A stretch of DNA of 59,761 nucleotides, the filler included, from Sphacelaria rigidula (lineage: Eukaryota): assembly GCA_964200075.2 (NCBI GenBank). It is 8 parts of 8 records of this genome, joined end to end, with 100 filler letters (N's around TTAATTAATTAA, not from the genome) between each part and the next. Parts side by side here need not be neighbours in the genome. Positions count along the whole stretch, not along the records: positions 22,451 to 29,833 come from CAXNAA020015170.1; positions 29,934 to 37,315 come from CAXNAA020015171.1; positions 37,416 to 44,797 come from CAXNAA020015172.1; 5 more parts are not named here. One strand, written 5' to 3'. A model generated the notes under the pieces. It was not told the DNA's origin and searched no databases. It saw nothing but the letters and a program-made list of their open reading frames with translations. This document shows positions 26,356-39,400 of the stretch, piece by piece. How positions within the stretch are numbered: the first letter of the stretch is position 1; every line of letters begins with the position of its first letter. The position numbers and the translations under genes were made by a program.

Positions 26356-27235
26356 GAGCGATTGGAATTTTCTTCAAAAACAAGAAGAATATTTTAACTA
26401 CGTGAAAATAAATAAATACGTGGGCATCGCTACCGTAGTTGTGCGTCCGTCATTGGAGGACATCCTGGTGCAATTGCGGCCAAATCTTCCAGAACTTCGG
26501 CGCAGCATCCAACCTTTCGTGTGGCACGGCTGCGCTCCTATAATCCAAGTGCCGCAGTTGACTCCAATTATGGAGGTCACGAGTGCGAATCCCGACGGAT
26601 TCCTTTTTTTTGTTCTGTCGGTTAGGTGATACATTATGCCGTACATTTTTCTTTCTTTCTTTCAGTGGCGGTCCCGTGCGTTACCACGTTGGTCTGCAGG
26701 TCACACCGATATACTCACGTCGGGCTGGTTTGGCAAACTTGATAAGTTATGGTGTGACATGCAAAAAATGCAGGATGTACCGCTGGCCCAGCCCGTAGCG
26801 ATTTTTTTTTCTTCATGTGTGTTATTTTGCGTCCGAAAGGGAGCTAGGGGAGCATTAACACTTTGTAATGGCTTCCTATTCTGCACGAAAAAATACTCGA
26901 GGGCACCTTGATTTTTCCTGGTAATGGAAGTTTTCTTTTTTGACACATACACTCATCTGCCAGAGTGGTCAAGTCCAGTGGAACAATCCGTGTCATGTTC
27001 GCATTTTCCGGTGGTCGCAGAATTGTTTCGACTGGGCTAGCATTTTTGTCCAAGAACGGTCGACACGACTTGATAAGTGTCATAGATTTCTACACCTGAC
27101 CACCACTTTATCCTAAACTCGATTGATGTTCATAGTTCTTGGACGAACATACAACTTCGACAAAAAAACAAGATACAAGCACCTCAATACGTTCATGTGA
27201 CGTGACAGATTTTCCATACCGAGGAGGCAATATTC

Positions 27236-27440
27236 CAAGGGTAGGTCCAGTCGAGTATACTCAATTGCGGGGTATTTTGAAAGTCGTACTTAAAGTCCAC
27301 AACTTGGGGGTAGGGATTCAGGAATTGCTTCCCAGCTATTTTTTGGGTACGATTCCCAACACTTTACCCTAACTTGAGTACCCCAAGTACGTCCTTCAAA
27401 ATACTCCGCAATTGAGTATACTCTACTCGACCTGCCCTTG
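27236..27440. mobile_element. Hairpin MITE with CAAGGG...CCCTTG ends
   Basis: Inverted arms of at least ~55 bp (gagtatactcaattgcgg.gtattttgaa). Flanks CAATATTC and CAACGTTG form a degenerate 8-bp TSD. Confidence 0.8.
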
Positions 27441-27999
27441 CAACGTTGTCCCAGCCATCACTTACGCCCAAAACGAAGCAGGACAAAAAAACAGCCGTTC
27501 AACATGTTGTGTTTGCCGTAATAAGCGGTTGATATGAAACATGGCGAAAATCGACCCGACGTGTGATGCACAAGACCGTTGGTGACACGACCCTCCGGTT
27601 CGGTGCACATGGTGCAGTATCAAGGATGTCGGCGAGAGTGTGGCGAAGAACACCAGCCGATGTTTTTCGTCAGACCATTCAGCACAATAGTGATAGGGAT
27701 GATTCCCGGCAGTTGTCTCCTTGCGCGAACGCCATAGCGTTGAGGCGCGAGCGTTGGCAGTGCTGCACGGTAAATCGAAAGGTTGACTGACATACTAGGG
27801 TGACGGTCAGATTAGTCGTCTTGCGTTGAAACATTCACTTCATTGACGTTACCAGGTAGCCTCATGCACCAAAGGCGATTTGCTGAAGGGCGTAGCCAGA
27901 TCACCCCCAAAACACTTTTGCATCCCACGGTGCACCGCACACCCACGAGCCATCATGGCCATGTACATGAGACACGGCTCACTACTGCAGCGTGGGAAA

Positions 28000-29833
28000 T
28001 ACAACCTTGAGTTGTACAGAAACATTTGATCTACACAAAGAACGGCCCCAATATTATCCGCAGACTGAAATCAGAACGCGAAATCTTCCTCATTGTCGTC
28101 GCCCGCTGCCGATGCCGAGCCCTCCCTCTCGGACCCGCTGCATTCTAAATCAGGATCTCCGATCCAGATCCCGGCTGCATAGTTGGACTTGTGTCTGACG
28201 GGTTTATCAAATCCGCCGTCGCAAAAGTAGCCACCGATGGGATCTTGTCCCGGATGCGCCCCCCCTACCCCCTGCCTCCCGCCGCCGTGCCAGTAACGCC
28301 CCTCACCATCGGTCACACCAGCAGGTGCCCCTGGCGCGTTGCAGGCTCCACTAGCCGCGCCCCTTTCGCGTGATGCAGCCGACTCGCCCCTTGTATGCTT
28401 CGCTGTTGAGCGGCATTTCCCGTTGCGCGATTGCTCGCGTACGCGGCCATCTACGCCGGCGGTTTCACTGATCGGATCTGGTCCCGAGTGCGCTCCCCCC
28501 CTCACCTCCCCCCCGGAGCCGCGCTGGCGAGGCTCCTCACCATCAGTCGTATCAACAGGTATCCCGGGTGCGCTGCTTGCTCGAGATGCCGCCCCCATAC
28601 CATGTGATGCAGTCGACCTACCCCTCGAATGCTTCGCTGTTGATCGGCTTCTTCCGTTTCGCGATTGGCCACGTGCACCGCTCTATCCGTCGCCGTTTTC
28701 TTCAGCGGGATTCGCGGCGACCGCTCGCGAAGGAAGCGGGGGCAGGAAGCAGCGACCCTGGCAACCGCAGCGCAGAGTGCAGTTCACCGAACACCTGCAA
28801 CTCCGGCATCTGTGTTTTGATGCCGCCCTTTCTGGGTTGCATACACATCTGAGTATTTGCACGTTTCCCGATGTGTCGACGTATGTGTGACTCGACAAGT
28901 ACACCACAATGTTAACGCGTGACAGCTCTACCCCCGCTGTGCTCGACGATTTTACACCACCCTTGTGGTGAGTCCTCCTCTCAGCTTCTATGCCCCACCC
29001 GCGTCCGTTGAAGTTCACTGGGGGCATGCTGCGTAGGAAGCTTCCCCCCCAGTATTCCAACACCGCATCGGACTTACTGACGTGCTTCTTACAGGCGTCT
29101 AAGTCTGGGCAGCAGCGGGCAGGCTCCCGACCACCGCGCCTGGCGCCCGAGAGTCATAGAACAGTGCGATCGCTCTGTGTTTTACATACGATTGGGGACA
29201 AGGCTCCTCTCCTACTGCGTCTTTGTCGCCGACGTGGCCGCCAGCAATTGCCCTCATATTTGACATCGACACTGCAGGTTCTACGCCTGTCGGCCCAGAA
29301 CTTCTCTCAACCACATTTGTGGCATGTGCCGGGCGGGATGGCAGCCGCAGATACGCAGGTGTTTCACTACCTGCCCGCGTGACATGCAACAACGCGTATG
29401 CGTGCAAGAACTTATTTCTGTGCAATATTTGACGTTTACTGAGTCAGAGTCGGTGAATCTTGTCCATATATATACATATATATTCCTATACATATTCCAC
29501 GCATGCTCACGTCCTGCGTTTGGTTCGAAAGCCGCAGTCATCACCTGAAAGCAAGCAGTGAGGAGCGTGCGATCATCACCTGCGATAGCTCGCGAGGTTA
29601 TTACAACAGTAAATTGAAGGTGCTCTCACCTCGGGATCGGTTCTGGTGTCGTATATGACGCTCGGGCTGCCCCCGGCAGCGTCTCAGCAGGCGCCCGGAC
29701 ATCACATCCCATGAGTTAGCCCTGGGGATCCTCCACATCTGCCGCGAGGGTATGTACAGTGTAAGGGCTGAATCTCGTACTCAGCGCGCGGATCTGGATG
29801 AAAAAGAGGTCGTGGACCTGTGTTGTTGTTCTT
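28000..29833 (-). mobile_element. Decayed Academ-like DNA transposon 3' region (XPG/FEN1-like helix motif plus CXC cysteine cluster)
   Basis: The minus strand gives YALLHVTRAGSETPAYL (resembling LHAxTGCDT), then CPDLDACKKHVSKSDAVLEYW...GRGWG (resembling LPPTxDAxxxHxxRAxxQxxxW...GW), then CVC..RCRSCRC..CTLRCGCQG. Frameshifted and cut by the spacer. Confidence 0.55.
28239..28705. repeat. ~235 bp GC-rich tandem duplication
   Basis: ggatct.gtccc...tgcgc.ccccc...ctcaccatc.gtc...gtgatgcag.cgac...tgcttcgctgttga.cggc occurs twice. Confidence 0.75.
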
Positions 29834-30249
29834 NNNNNNNNNNNNNNNNNNNNNNNNNNNNNNNNNNNNNNNNNNNNTTAATTAATTAANNNNNNNNNNN
29901 NNNNNNNNNNNNNNNNNNNNNNNNNNNNNNNNNAAGGGTGAGCTGCATCCTGCTAAGATTGTTCGGCCCGAAGCGTACTAGGACAGTAGGGGGGGGGGGG
30001 GGTAGTGAGATAAAAAAATAAAATCACAAGCTGCTATTTGAACAGTAGCTGGCACCACTTCAGCCTTTGAATGTCCATGGTTCTTTGTTCCGAGATGTCG
30101 TGTGCTGACAGATCCGCCACTTCTAGGAATACGTTGGTTGCAGGCGTAGATGGACTCCGAACGGACAGGGATGATAAACAGGACTCATCCTAAACTGCAA
30201 GTTATAGCCAGTAGCAATGCAAGTTGTAGCCAATAGCACTACAAGTTTC

Positions 30250-30804
30250 CAAGGTTGTGCTCTGTAGGGTACGGGTATGTTCTGTAGGGTATGGGATTCC
30301 TCACAGAACTTACAGAAATATCGGGTACCTGTATGAATGTCTTGCAGAACTTACACAACTGTCGGGTATCGGTTTGATAGTGTTACAGAAACTACAAAAC
30401 TTGTCGGGTACGGTACGGGAGGTTGACAGAAAACCGTACCGGCAATCGGGTATTTCTCAAAGAATACCCGCGCTCCGAGTACGGGCATACATGATGTACA
30501 GAACTTCACAGAACTGTCGGGCAAGGGTATGGGAGGCGTACAAAGCTAACAGAAACTGTCAGGAAGGGTATGGAGGCTGCACAGGAAACCGTACCCGCAA
30601 CCGGGTATCTTATCAAGAGCACACCCGTGTCCCCCGTAACGGTACGTTAGGCTTACATAACTCAAAGAATTATCGGGCAAGGGTATGAAAGTCTTCCAGA
30701 CTTTACAGAGCTGTCGGGTACCGCTATGAAAGTGTCGGCTAAGGTAAATACCCGGGAAATAATCCGGGCCTATAGAAAACCGTACCCTACGGAACACAGC
30801 CTTG
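30250..30804. mobile_element. Non-autonomous TIR transposon (P/hAT-like) with a perfect 8-bp TSD
   Basis: CAAGTTTC|CAAGGTTGTGCTCTGTAGGGTACGG...CCGTACCCTACGGAACACAGCCTTG|CAAGTTTC. The interior consists of degenerate cagaactt...gtcgggta repeats. Confidence 0.9.
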
Positions 30805-31499
30805 CAAGTTTCAGCCAATAGCAGTGCAACAATTTCTGTCATGGTTGAGGGAGTAGGGCGTAAGTTTCTCACGTTTCGTGCCCTATTCTGCCATTTGTGC
30901 TGACATCTTAGTACGTGCATGAGCCCATGCACTGCGAACGCGTTCGCCGCTGCTGTTTTGCTGCGGTGAATAGGTCATTCTCCGCTGCTCGTGGCTCGTG
31001 CACGGATAACTGACTCGTGGAAAATACGTTTCGACGGTCGTTTTCTATATTGACGCTGCCTTTGCACCCGAAAAAACACGATAGCGAACCACCTCGAAAG
31101 TTTTGTCAGGGCATGCGAAGGTATAACTCTTTCACCGTGAAAAAATCGAGAATCTCCACGGTGCGGGTAGTTGTTCACTGAAGTCAAGGTAAAAGGCGAC
31201 GTAATATATTGTAAACAAAAGGCGCTCGAGGACTCAAACTTGATTACTTCGCGGTCCTAAGGATTGACCCTGCTCTGCCTCTACCCCACTTAGTAGCGTG
31301 CTCGCACCATCACTCGAGCGGAACCAAAATCCTGACACAGCATTGAAATATGTCTGGCGCCGCGCCTCGGTGATGTAATGGTCTGACTGTCGTCATCAAG
31401 ATGGGGAGAACGAGGGATCTATTCTCGACGTGTTTTTTTTTTCTTTCTTCGTCGTATGTGTTTCCACCGGGGGAAGCGTGATAACGTGAGTGAACAAAG

Positions 31500-31705
31500 T
31501 AGTCGATTGAGTTTGTTTGAAGTGAGTTGACGCGGTGTGGGAGTGGTGGTCATGATCCAATCCGCGAGACCAAAATGCAAGGCGTGTGCTGGGGAGAGAT
31601 GGGTTGATCCCTTGAGACCACGGACTCGTCCCGAGGAAGAGGAGGGGTTCAAAGTGCAACAAATAGTAAATAGTAATAATTCAAGAAATAATAATAATAA
31701 TAAAA
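31500..31705 (+). mobile_element. LINE/SINE 3' end with (AAT)n tail
   Basis: The shared 3' motif (see 14570 and 43000) is followed by an AAT-rich tail. Confidence 0.5.
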
Positions 31706-31854
31706 TGTCTTCGTCGCCACTTTAACCGACCAGCAGCCAGTATCCACGGTGTCTCAGCCACCCCCACAAAACCCATGAAACACGAATGGCGCACTATGCG
31801 AACATGGACAGATCTTGTTGCTGAAGCAGCTGATGACATTTGTCATGTAAGCTA

Positions 31855-32227
31855 TGACGTGTGTGTGTGCGTGTTGTCATCTCATCTATTCTGGACTCCA
31901 GTCTGCACGTCTGGGTACATGTGGGCGCATCAGCCGGGGTCACACAGGAGGAAGGCCAACGCGGAGCTCTCCATTTCATGTGTTTTGAGGCGTGCTCCAC
32001 CTTTTTTTTGCGGTGCTTGCAGTACTTTTTATCGCGAGAAGGATTCAGCGGCCTCTTTCTCTCGTCAACGGTGGAGTCGACTTCTTTGTATCTACGACAT
32101 ATTTGCTCTCCACTGTTGGACATGATGTGAGAAAAAAACCAGATCGTGTGACTTCGCCGAGATTCGAATCCACAACCCAACCGTCGAAAGGTTTTGACGC
32201 TACCAACTGAGCCACCGGGGCGACGGG
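31855..32227 (-). mobile_element. tRNA-derived SINE
   Basis: The minus-strand head has A box TGGCTCAGTTGG and B box GGATTCGAATCT. The body is shared with 43280-43660. Confidence 0.75.
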
Positions 32228-33209
32228 CGAAGCTACAGGATGAAAATGCAACACTCGACGTGAGCAACTTCTCCACCCTACGAGTGTTTGTTTCCCTCGA
32301 AAAACGCCTCGGACACGCCATCGAGAGAATTTTTTCATGTTTGTTCTCACAAATATTGCCGAGGTACCTCCCTGGGGGAGAATTTGAGATAGCACTGGCC
32401 CACGATCTATGGAATCAACTCGTGAGATCGGGCTTCGTTTTCACTGCGATGCATCGGGAGGGCAACCTCCAAAGCAAAATGAGAACATAGTTCGTGCCTT
32501 TCAGAATGAGACTCAAGGTACGCCGAGCGTCAACAGGCCCCAGGCTCCTGGCTTGGAATATCTTTCTCAGTGTAATTACTGTAAGCTGTAGCAAAGGGAA
32601 CTGATGTTTCGATGTATTACTACTTTACAGGGTGCTGTGTTGATCTTGGCCGACACTACTGTAGAACATTACGATGTTTCCGCGACACGTCGAAACGCAT
32701 CAACATCGGAGATCGTCAGCTGTACACGACAGTGGCGATCCAGCAGCTGTAATGGACTGGTGCCAACATCATCTCCATTGGCTGTGTACCAGACCGATAG
32801 GTACAGACAGTATGCACTGGGAAAAATACTTCTTGTTGAGAGTATGGATTGGAAGCGCAGCACGAGCGGATGATACAGAACATGAAAATGGCCTACGCGA
32901 TACTACAATAAACGGGCGACAGCGTGGGAAACCGGCAAGCTGGCCTTAAACGTCAGCAGCTGAAACTGTGGGTACCGCACGCACATACGCTACAGGACAG
33001 TGTTACATCGCACCTCAAGGCCGCGGTTTTTGTATGCTCCGAAACCAGCGATCCATCGTTTACATTGTTGTCCTGACTTAAACTGTCAAGTCGAAGATCT
33101 AGTCGCAAGACGCTATGAGTTACCATGGGCTCAAACTTGCCTCGCGCGTGCCGTGCCAACTGCATTGGACAGTGAAAGAACGTGCGGTTGAGCCAACTCA
33201 CGTAGATGT

Positions 33210-33421
33210 CGTTGTATAACACCCCTATATGTCAAGTTTACATTCAAACCCTTGTGGAACTTGGACCTTAATCATTCCCGAGAAAATCTCGGTCTCTGAT
33301 TTTCCAATCATCAAATCATTCATGTCTTTGAAGCATGCAAGTATATTATCGATTGGGAAGTTTTTTTACCCGACACGATTAAACAATGCACCAAATATCA
33401 CAGGGAAGGTGTTATACACCG
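33210..33421. mobile_element. MITE related to 17097-17311
   Basis: CGTTGTATAACACC ... GGTGTTATACACCG|TA with an AT-rich interior. Confidence 0.55.
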
Positions 33422-36400
33422 TACGTAACATGTTTGCGGATAAACATCAGATAAGATCCATTTATATAATACTATGAAGATAATAAGTCTCTTATATTTA
33501 TTATGTTATCGTCCGTAGAGTTGCCCATTTTCTGACCAGCCTTCAGTATATTCTCATCAAGATAAAAGGACCGCGCGAAGTTTTCTAGGAGAGTTCGTCA
33601 CACCGGTACATTCCGCACAGTCACGAACGAACACCTGCCCCTTCGCAGGCACTCTCATCACAACCACGAGGACCTACAGCTCTCACACCTCCACCTTACA
33701 AGCCCTATTTGTTCTTCTGACTGCGGCGCTACTCCATCAGCTTGTCTATAAACCCCACAACCCCGTGACAACAATGTCTGTGAGTATTAGTCGCGGAGCG
33801 CTGGGTATACTGCAATTTGGAGTGTGTTCTGGTTATGTACGAAGTATAAGGTAGCTTGGCTCTTGAGCCCCACAAGGCGTTATTGCGACAGCGCCTCACT
33901 CAAATTGCGTGCATCGGCGGGATTAGGACGAAAGGCGAATGCACATTGATTGCATGACACAAGATAGGAACCCGGTGATTGATAGCCTTTCCTGCTTGTC
34001 CTCTCTTGACGTATTGCGGTACCAAGTTCCATTCTACAAAACGAACCAAAGAGTGCAATAATCCTCCATCCTTGTGCGGTCGAATGAATCTCTCACGCAA
34101 AACGGTAGGAACAGACAGTACAGTGGTACAATCGTCATAGATTAGTGTGGGGCACGAAGAAGAGTGTACGCTCTCCATGACTAACAAACCTGAACCCGTG
34201 TGCCTCCTGATGATGCCCGTATCCTAACCTGTGCTGCGTTTACCTGTTGACTTTGCGCCGTAACAGGGCAATGCGTCCCCCGAGGCTGTGGCAAAGTTTG
34301 AAATGTTCGAGGTATGTTATGCTTTCTTGTCCGGCGTTGCGTTTGCATTCCGATGTTCTCCTTGTGTGAGTGTCTGGCGCATGTTGGGTTGTCATGACGG
34401 AACAAAGCCCGTCGATAACAGGGTATGGTGGAAAACAAAGAATCGAGATTCATTCATCAGGAAAGGTTGGGTGACTGACTCGCGTCGGTAACCCCTTTGC
34501 GGTTGCCAGGTGTGATGAGCGTGCGATGCTATATGCATGCCGTTGTTTGTGCAAGCTAGCTGGCTCGCAAGAACATTCTCTTGGAATTTTTTGTGCGGGA
34601 TACCACCACGGAGTGCCTTCCTGCATGACGTGTCCTTCCTTCCATAGTGTGCTTCACGGACGGGGTATGTAGGAGGAAGGCCTATTCCTGCTGCATGCAT
34701 CTTTTACGAGTGTATTGTACTGCACTGCACTGCACTGCACTTGCTAAACTCGGTTGACGCATGTATCAGATTCGGTCGTAGCCCCTGTTTTCTGCTAATT
34801 CTAAACTGTCTGTGGACCTCGTGTTGTGTATCGGGTCAATGTTCGATGGCTCCGGACATGGACTCTCAAGCTTCACGTTTGTCCGCCACGGCGATCCTGA
34901 GCAGGAAATGCGGCGCATCCCCCCGGCATCGCATGGTCCGTGCTGTAACGAACGTTTGCCTGCGCTACTGTCTTTCGCAGAAAAAAATGAAGGCGGAAAA
35001 CTTGAGCTCGTCTGCCATCGTTGCGTTCAAGAATTCTTACATGGCTCTGGTGAGTAATCGTCCACGGGAATATGCCTATTTTGTATGTCGGCCTTACACG
35101 CTTATGGTGTGTTTGCCCTCGCTCGAGGCCTCTCATGTGTACAACACATGTAGGTATGACAACCAGGCACGTTTGTTCTGTGCAGTCAACACCCAAATTA
35201 AGCTGTAGGTAAAGCTTGTAGCACCGCACCCCAGCTGCTACACTCTGCACCTGCAGATCCCTCAATAGCCTTTTTGTCTGTGTTTTCTATTGCCGAAAAT
35301 TTGTTGCGTCGTGCTATCGAAAGATTGGAAGATTCATTTTTCGCAAGCACACGTTGGCTTACGTGTAACCGCCTGAGAGCAGCTGGCTTCGTTTTTGTGG
35401 TGGGCAGGCAGTATGGTACAAAACGATACCAGTGATGATTTGCATGTGCTGCCCCTCGGAGATGGTTGCCTCGAAAATAAGCGATGCGATGCGCCGTTGC
35501 CGTTTATGAAGTTGTGCCGCTGCCCCTCGGACCTGCCGTGTTGGATTTCTAGCTCGTGATGGTGTGACGGCCGGTTCGTGCCTACAACGCTCTTTTCCGA
35601 ATCATGAACACACCCCCCAGGTGCAGTGTATTGCAGTCGCGGTACGGCGGTTATGAACATGTGTTGTTTATGCTTGACACATTACAAAATGCGCCGACGA
35701 GGGGGTGTGTCATGTCACCCCGTCACTCGATGGATCCACAATGGTTGACACATATAAATATATATTTCAAGATTGCACCGTCCCGATTGTGTTGTGCCGA
35801 GTGGCAGGCGTGGTATGGCGATGAAGATCAGTCATGGTGCTTTGAATCGCACCGGCCGCACCATCCGATCGAGGTACCGTAGGACACGTGCGTGTGCAAT
35901 GCCCTGGCACTTTAAAAGTCCCAGTGGATCTGTGGTTATACTCTTCCTTGGCGGACCCGTCAGCTTCGCGGAAGCAACGAAATTGGTTTATGTAAAGCGT
36001 AAGCATTCCAGCGTGGTGCAAAACGTTACGACCAGTGTTGATGTAGTTCGAGAAAGCCCAGCACAGTCGTCCTCTCTTCACATGTGTTCGAGCCCTGCCA
36101 TCGGTCATTGTAAGGGCTCAGGAGAGGCACTTGCGTCCTTGCCCTTTACAAGGCCGCTTTCATGTCCACGCATCAACCCGTCAGTTGCCCTACAGTCATA
36201 AAGGGCGCTACGCCAGAGTACCGTACACGGAGCGTCTCCTTTGCGACTTACATCTGGGCTTATCTTACATTGAAGCTTTCATATCATGAGTGCGGAGCAG
36301 GAGCAATAGATTGCTCCGCATCCCCTTTTATCGAAAGAAACGGGCTTTCTCGTCGTGAGGATACTCATGTTCAATCGAAAGGCGGATTGAGCCAACTTGC

Positions 36401-39400
36401 TGCTCATTCACTACTTATCCACCTCGTCCGTTCACGCCTCCGTGTATCGACGCCTCGGCCACGAGTTACACGCGACGTGTCATTCTCCGTAGCCGTGGGG
36501 TTCTTCTGGTATGAAAATCATGAAAAGAAACATGAACATGTACCGTTTCACTTCCGGCACCGGGACTGATCGAGGCGTAAAATCAGGGTAGCCCCCGTGG
36601 AGAAGTACACGAAGTTTGGCACGCTCCGTCGACATCAGTACGGTGCCGTACCGCCCGTTGGCACTGAGAACTGAATGGTTCCTTCTTGGTCTACAATTTG
36701 CCCATGAATGTTACCGTTTTGAACATGCTTGATTTCCGACACCGGAGCACCACCAAACGGTGACTCCTGGATGTGTAATCCCTCCCAGCACTCACCAGTA
36801 GGCAGTACTACCAGCAGGCAGGAAATCGTTGATTTGACTTTCGGGGCTTGCCGAGGTTGTCCGTGTTTCGTGCAAGGTACAGAGATGGATTATTTTTGTC
36901 GTAATTTGAACCCCTGCCCTTCCTCGGGACGAGTCTGTGGTCTACTGGTCTCAAGGAATGAGCCCATCTCTCCCCGTATTGTATTGACTATATCAGATGG
37001 CTGTGCTCCTGTTGTCCCGTACATTCACTGTCGGACAGAACCCATTACCCGGCACGTATATTGTTGCGAATGACTCAGTACGCACGCGTGTGTTCCGTCT
37101 CTTCATCGGGAGAGATGCGTCGATGATACCCGACACTGACAAAATGATCCAAGTCCCGAGGAAGCTGAGATGTTGAAGGTATGACGAGAAGAAATGAGAG
37201 GGGCCGCCCTAACACGGGTTGATGACATGACGACCAACCGATTTATTCTTCCGCCCCTTCTGTTGGTTTCCCATGAGGCAGTGTATAAGACGTGACTGTC
37301 TCTGGAAGTGGCGATNNNNNNNNNNNNNNNNNNNNNNNNNNNNNNNNNNNNNNNNNNNNTTAATTAATTAANNNNNNNNNNNNNNNNNNNNNNNNNNNNN
37401 NNNNNNNNNNNNNNNAAAGAAAAGCACACGTGGAATAAAAAAATGTCTCACTTAAAGAGAATGATCAAAGCCACTCTCAATCGTATGATCTACTCTCAAT
37501 CTCACGAAAACACTGTTTAATCCGATACGCGAATCACCGCCCAATTCGCTTCCGGTGATGAGATATTGCTCTGCCAGGTTAAATCCGTTTCTGGGCTGGC
37601 CCAGCTCGTAGTACAGTAGTAGCGTAGCTTGGAAGGTAAGTTGACACATTTTTCAGTCGAAAACTATAATTAGTGCTTGTACACGGGCTCTATTACTTGC
37701 CCATAAAATATTCCTATCCAGTAGTGCTTGTCTACAGTTGAAGGCGTTCTCGTCAGAGCTGCCTGTTCGCGATGGGTTATTACCTAGTCTCCTCATCCGG
37801 TGGGGAGGTGGCTACAGGCTTCCAGTCGCACAGACTTCTTTCTCACTCTGTAGTCGAATGCAAGCCATGAGTTGCCCATTTCTTCAAAATAGTACGCGTA
37901 TAGTGTCTACAGGCGACTAGAGGCGCACGTTTCTTGCGTCGAATAGTCTGTTGTTTGCGCACAACTAGGTGCACAGCACCTCATTCATTCAACAGTCATT
38001 CTAACGCACACTCATGAATCGTGATATTCAGGGCGTGTAAATTTCATGCATATAGAGCAGTAGGGACCGTGATTATTTGCATTTTTCTAAGATATTTCAC
38101 GTGCTTTGGTGCCTCAGAACGCAACATCAAGCCAATGCATGTGGGCGTCTACGTCGGAAAGCCCATGACGAGATTTTCATGCAATACGACATGGCTTCAA
38201 CTGGGTGGCTTAAAGCATCACCCCAACTTGTGTGAAAGACCAAAGTAAGAGTCTTGCTACTGGCTTCTGCTGGGAACCGCCAATTCTGCTTTTTTCTTTC
38301 ACTCTTGTCGCCATTCATGGGTAGGGGTTCCTTTCAGAATACACGTTATTTCGTCCATTATATTCACGTGTTTCGGAGACATGCGTCACACTTCGGCGGC
38401 CACCTGGCATGTATGCTATCGCTCAAAATACACCCACCTGCTCGCGGCGGTTGCTGCCTCTGCTGCATGGGCCTTCCATATTATATTTGACAAATTAGTT
38501 TGATGACTGTTGAAGCGGGGGTTTCAAAACGTGGAAGGGCCGCGCTTGCGCAGCAATATCGCGACTTGAGGCTGGGTTAATATTATTTTGGCACTGTTGT
38601 GTCGCTTCTACACTACCCCACCCTGTACAAACGATCCCGTTGTGAAGAGAGTGTACTGCGTACAGTATGGAGTCTATTGTCTGAGGCAATAGACGCAATG
38701 AATCGATACTGTATGCAGTACACTTTTCGACAATGTAATCTTTTGTCCGGGGTGTATACACTACTGTCATACAACCAAAATCAAGGATGCGTTGAGGCTT
38801 TTTATTCCTCTCGCGGCCACCAACACCCAAACAGTACCATCGCTCCCTCTGTCAGGCAAGACATTGGCTTATTTTCCTCTGGTACCCTGCGACAACCTCG
38901 ATCACCCGCGGCACTCCGGCTCACAACACCACACACAAAACACGGCATCGTCCACATACCAAAATCTGGATTAGCTCGCATGGTAATATCACCCATGTAA
39001 ACATCAAACCGCTGCCGCCCCCCACTCTATTAGGAGTAGGAACGGTGCTCCGTCTCGAAATATCAATGGTCGAAGGACTAAAGCAAGCAACAAATGAGTA
39101 CGCCCCCCCCTCCCCCCCCCCCTCATGCACTCTGGTCAATGGTCTTAAGACTATGGCATGCATGATCATGAGTACACCCCATCCACTCTGCATATACAAA
39201 TATCGCGGATACACTTCCGTTGCTACCCCCTGGATCGTTTCTGGTGACGAAACAAAGTAGAGACATACGAAAAACGAGAGAGTGAAACAAACGAATACGC
39301 ACACGACCAGCACCATCATTTCGAGCCCCCCGCAATCCAACTACTGTGTGTAAACCGGCATCAATGACATGAAACAATGCAGAGAAGAGAGAAACAATGA

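Noticed and set aside
30280..30760. CRISPR-like repeat-spacer array
   Set aside because: The repeats are degenerate and irregular, lie inside a TIR/TSD-bounded eukaryotic element, and have no cas genes nearby.
32145..32227. Functional tRNA gene
   Set aside because: It lacks a clean cloverleaf and is attached to a body repeated at 43280, so it is a SINE head.
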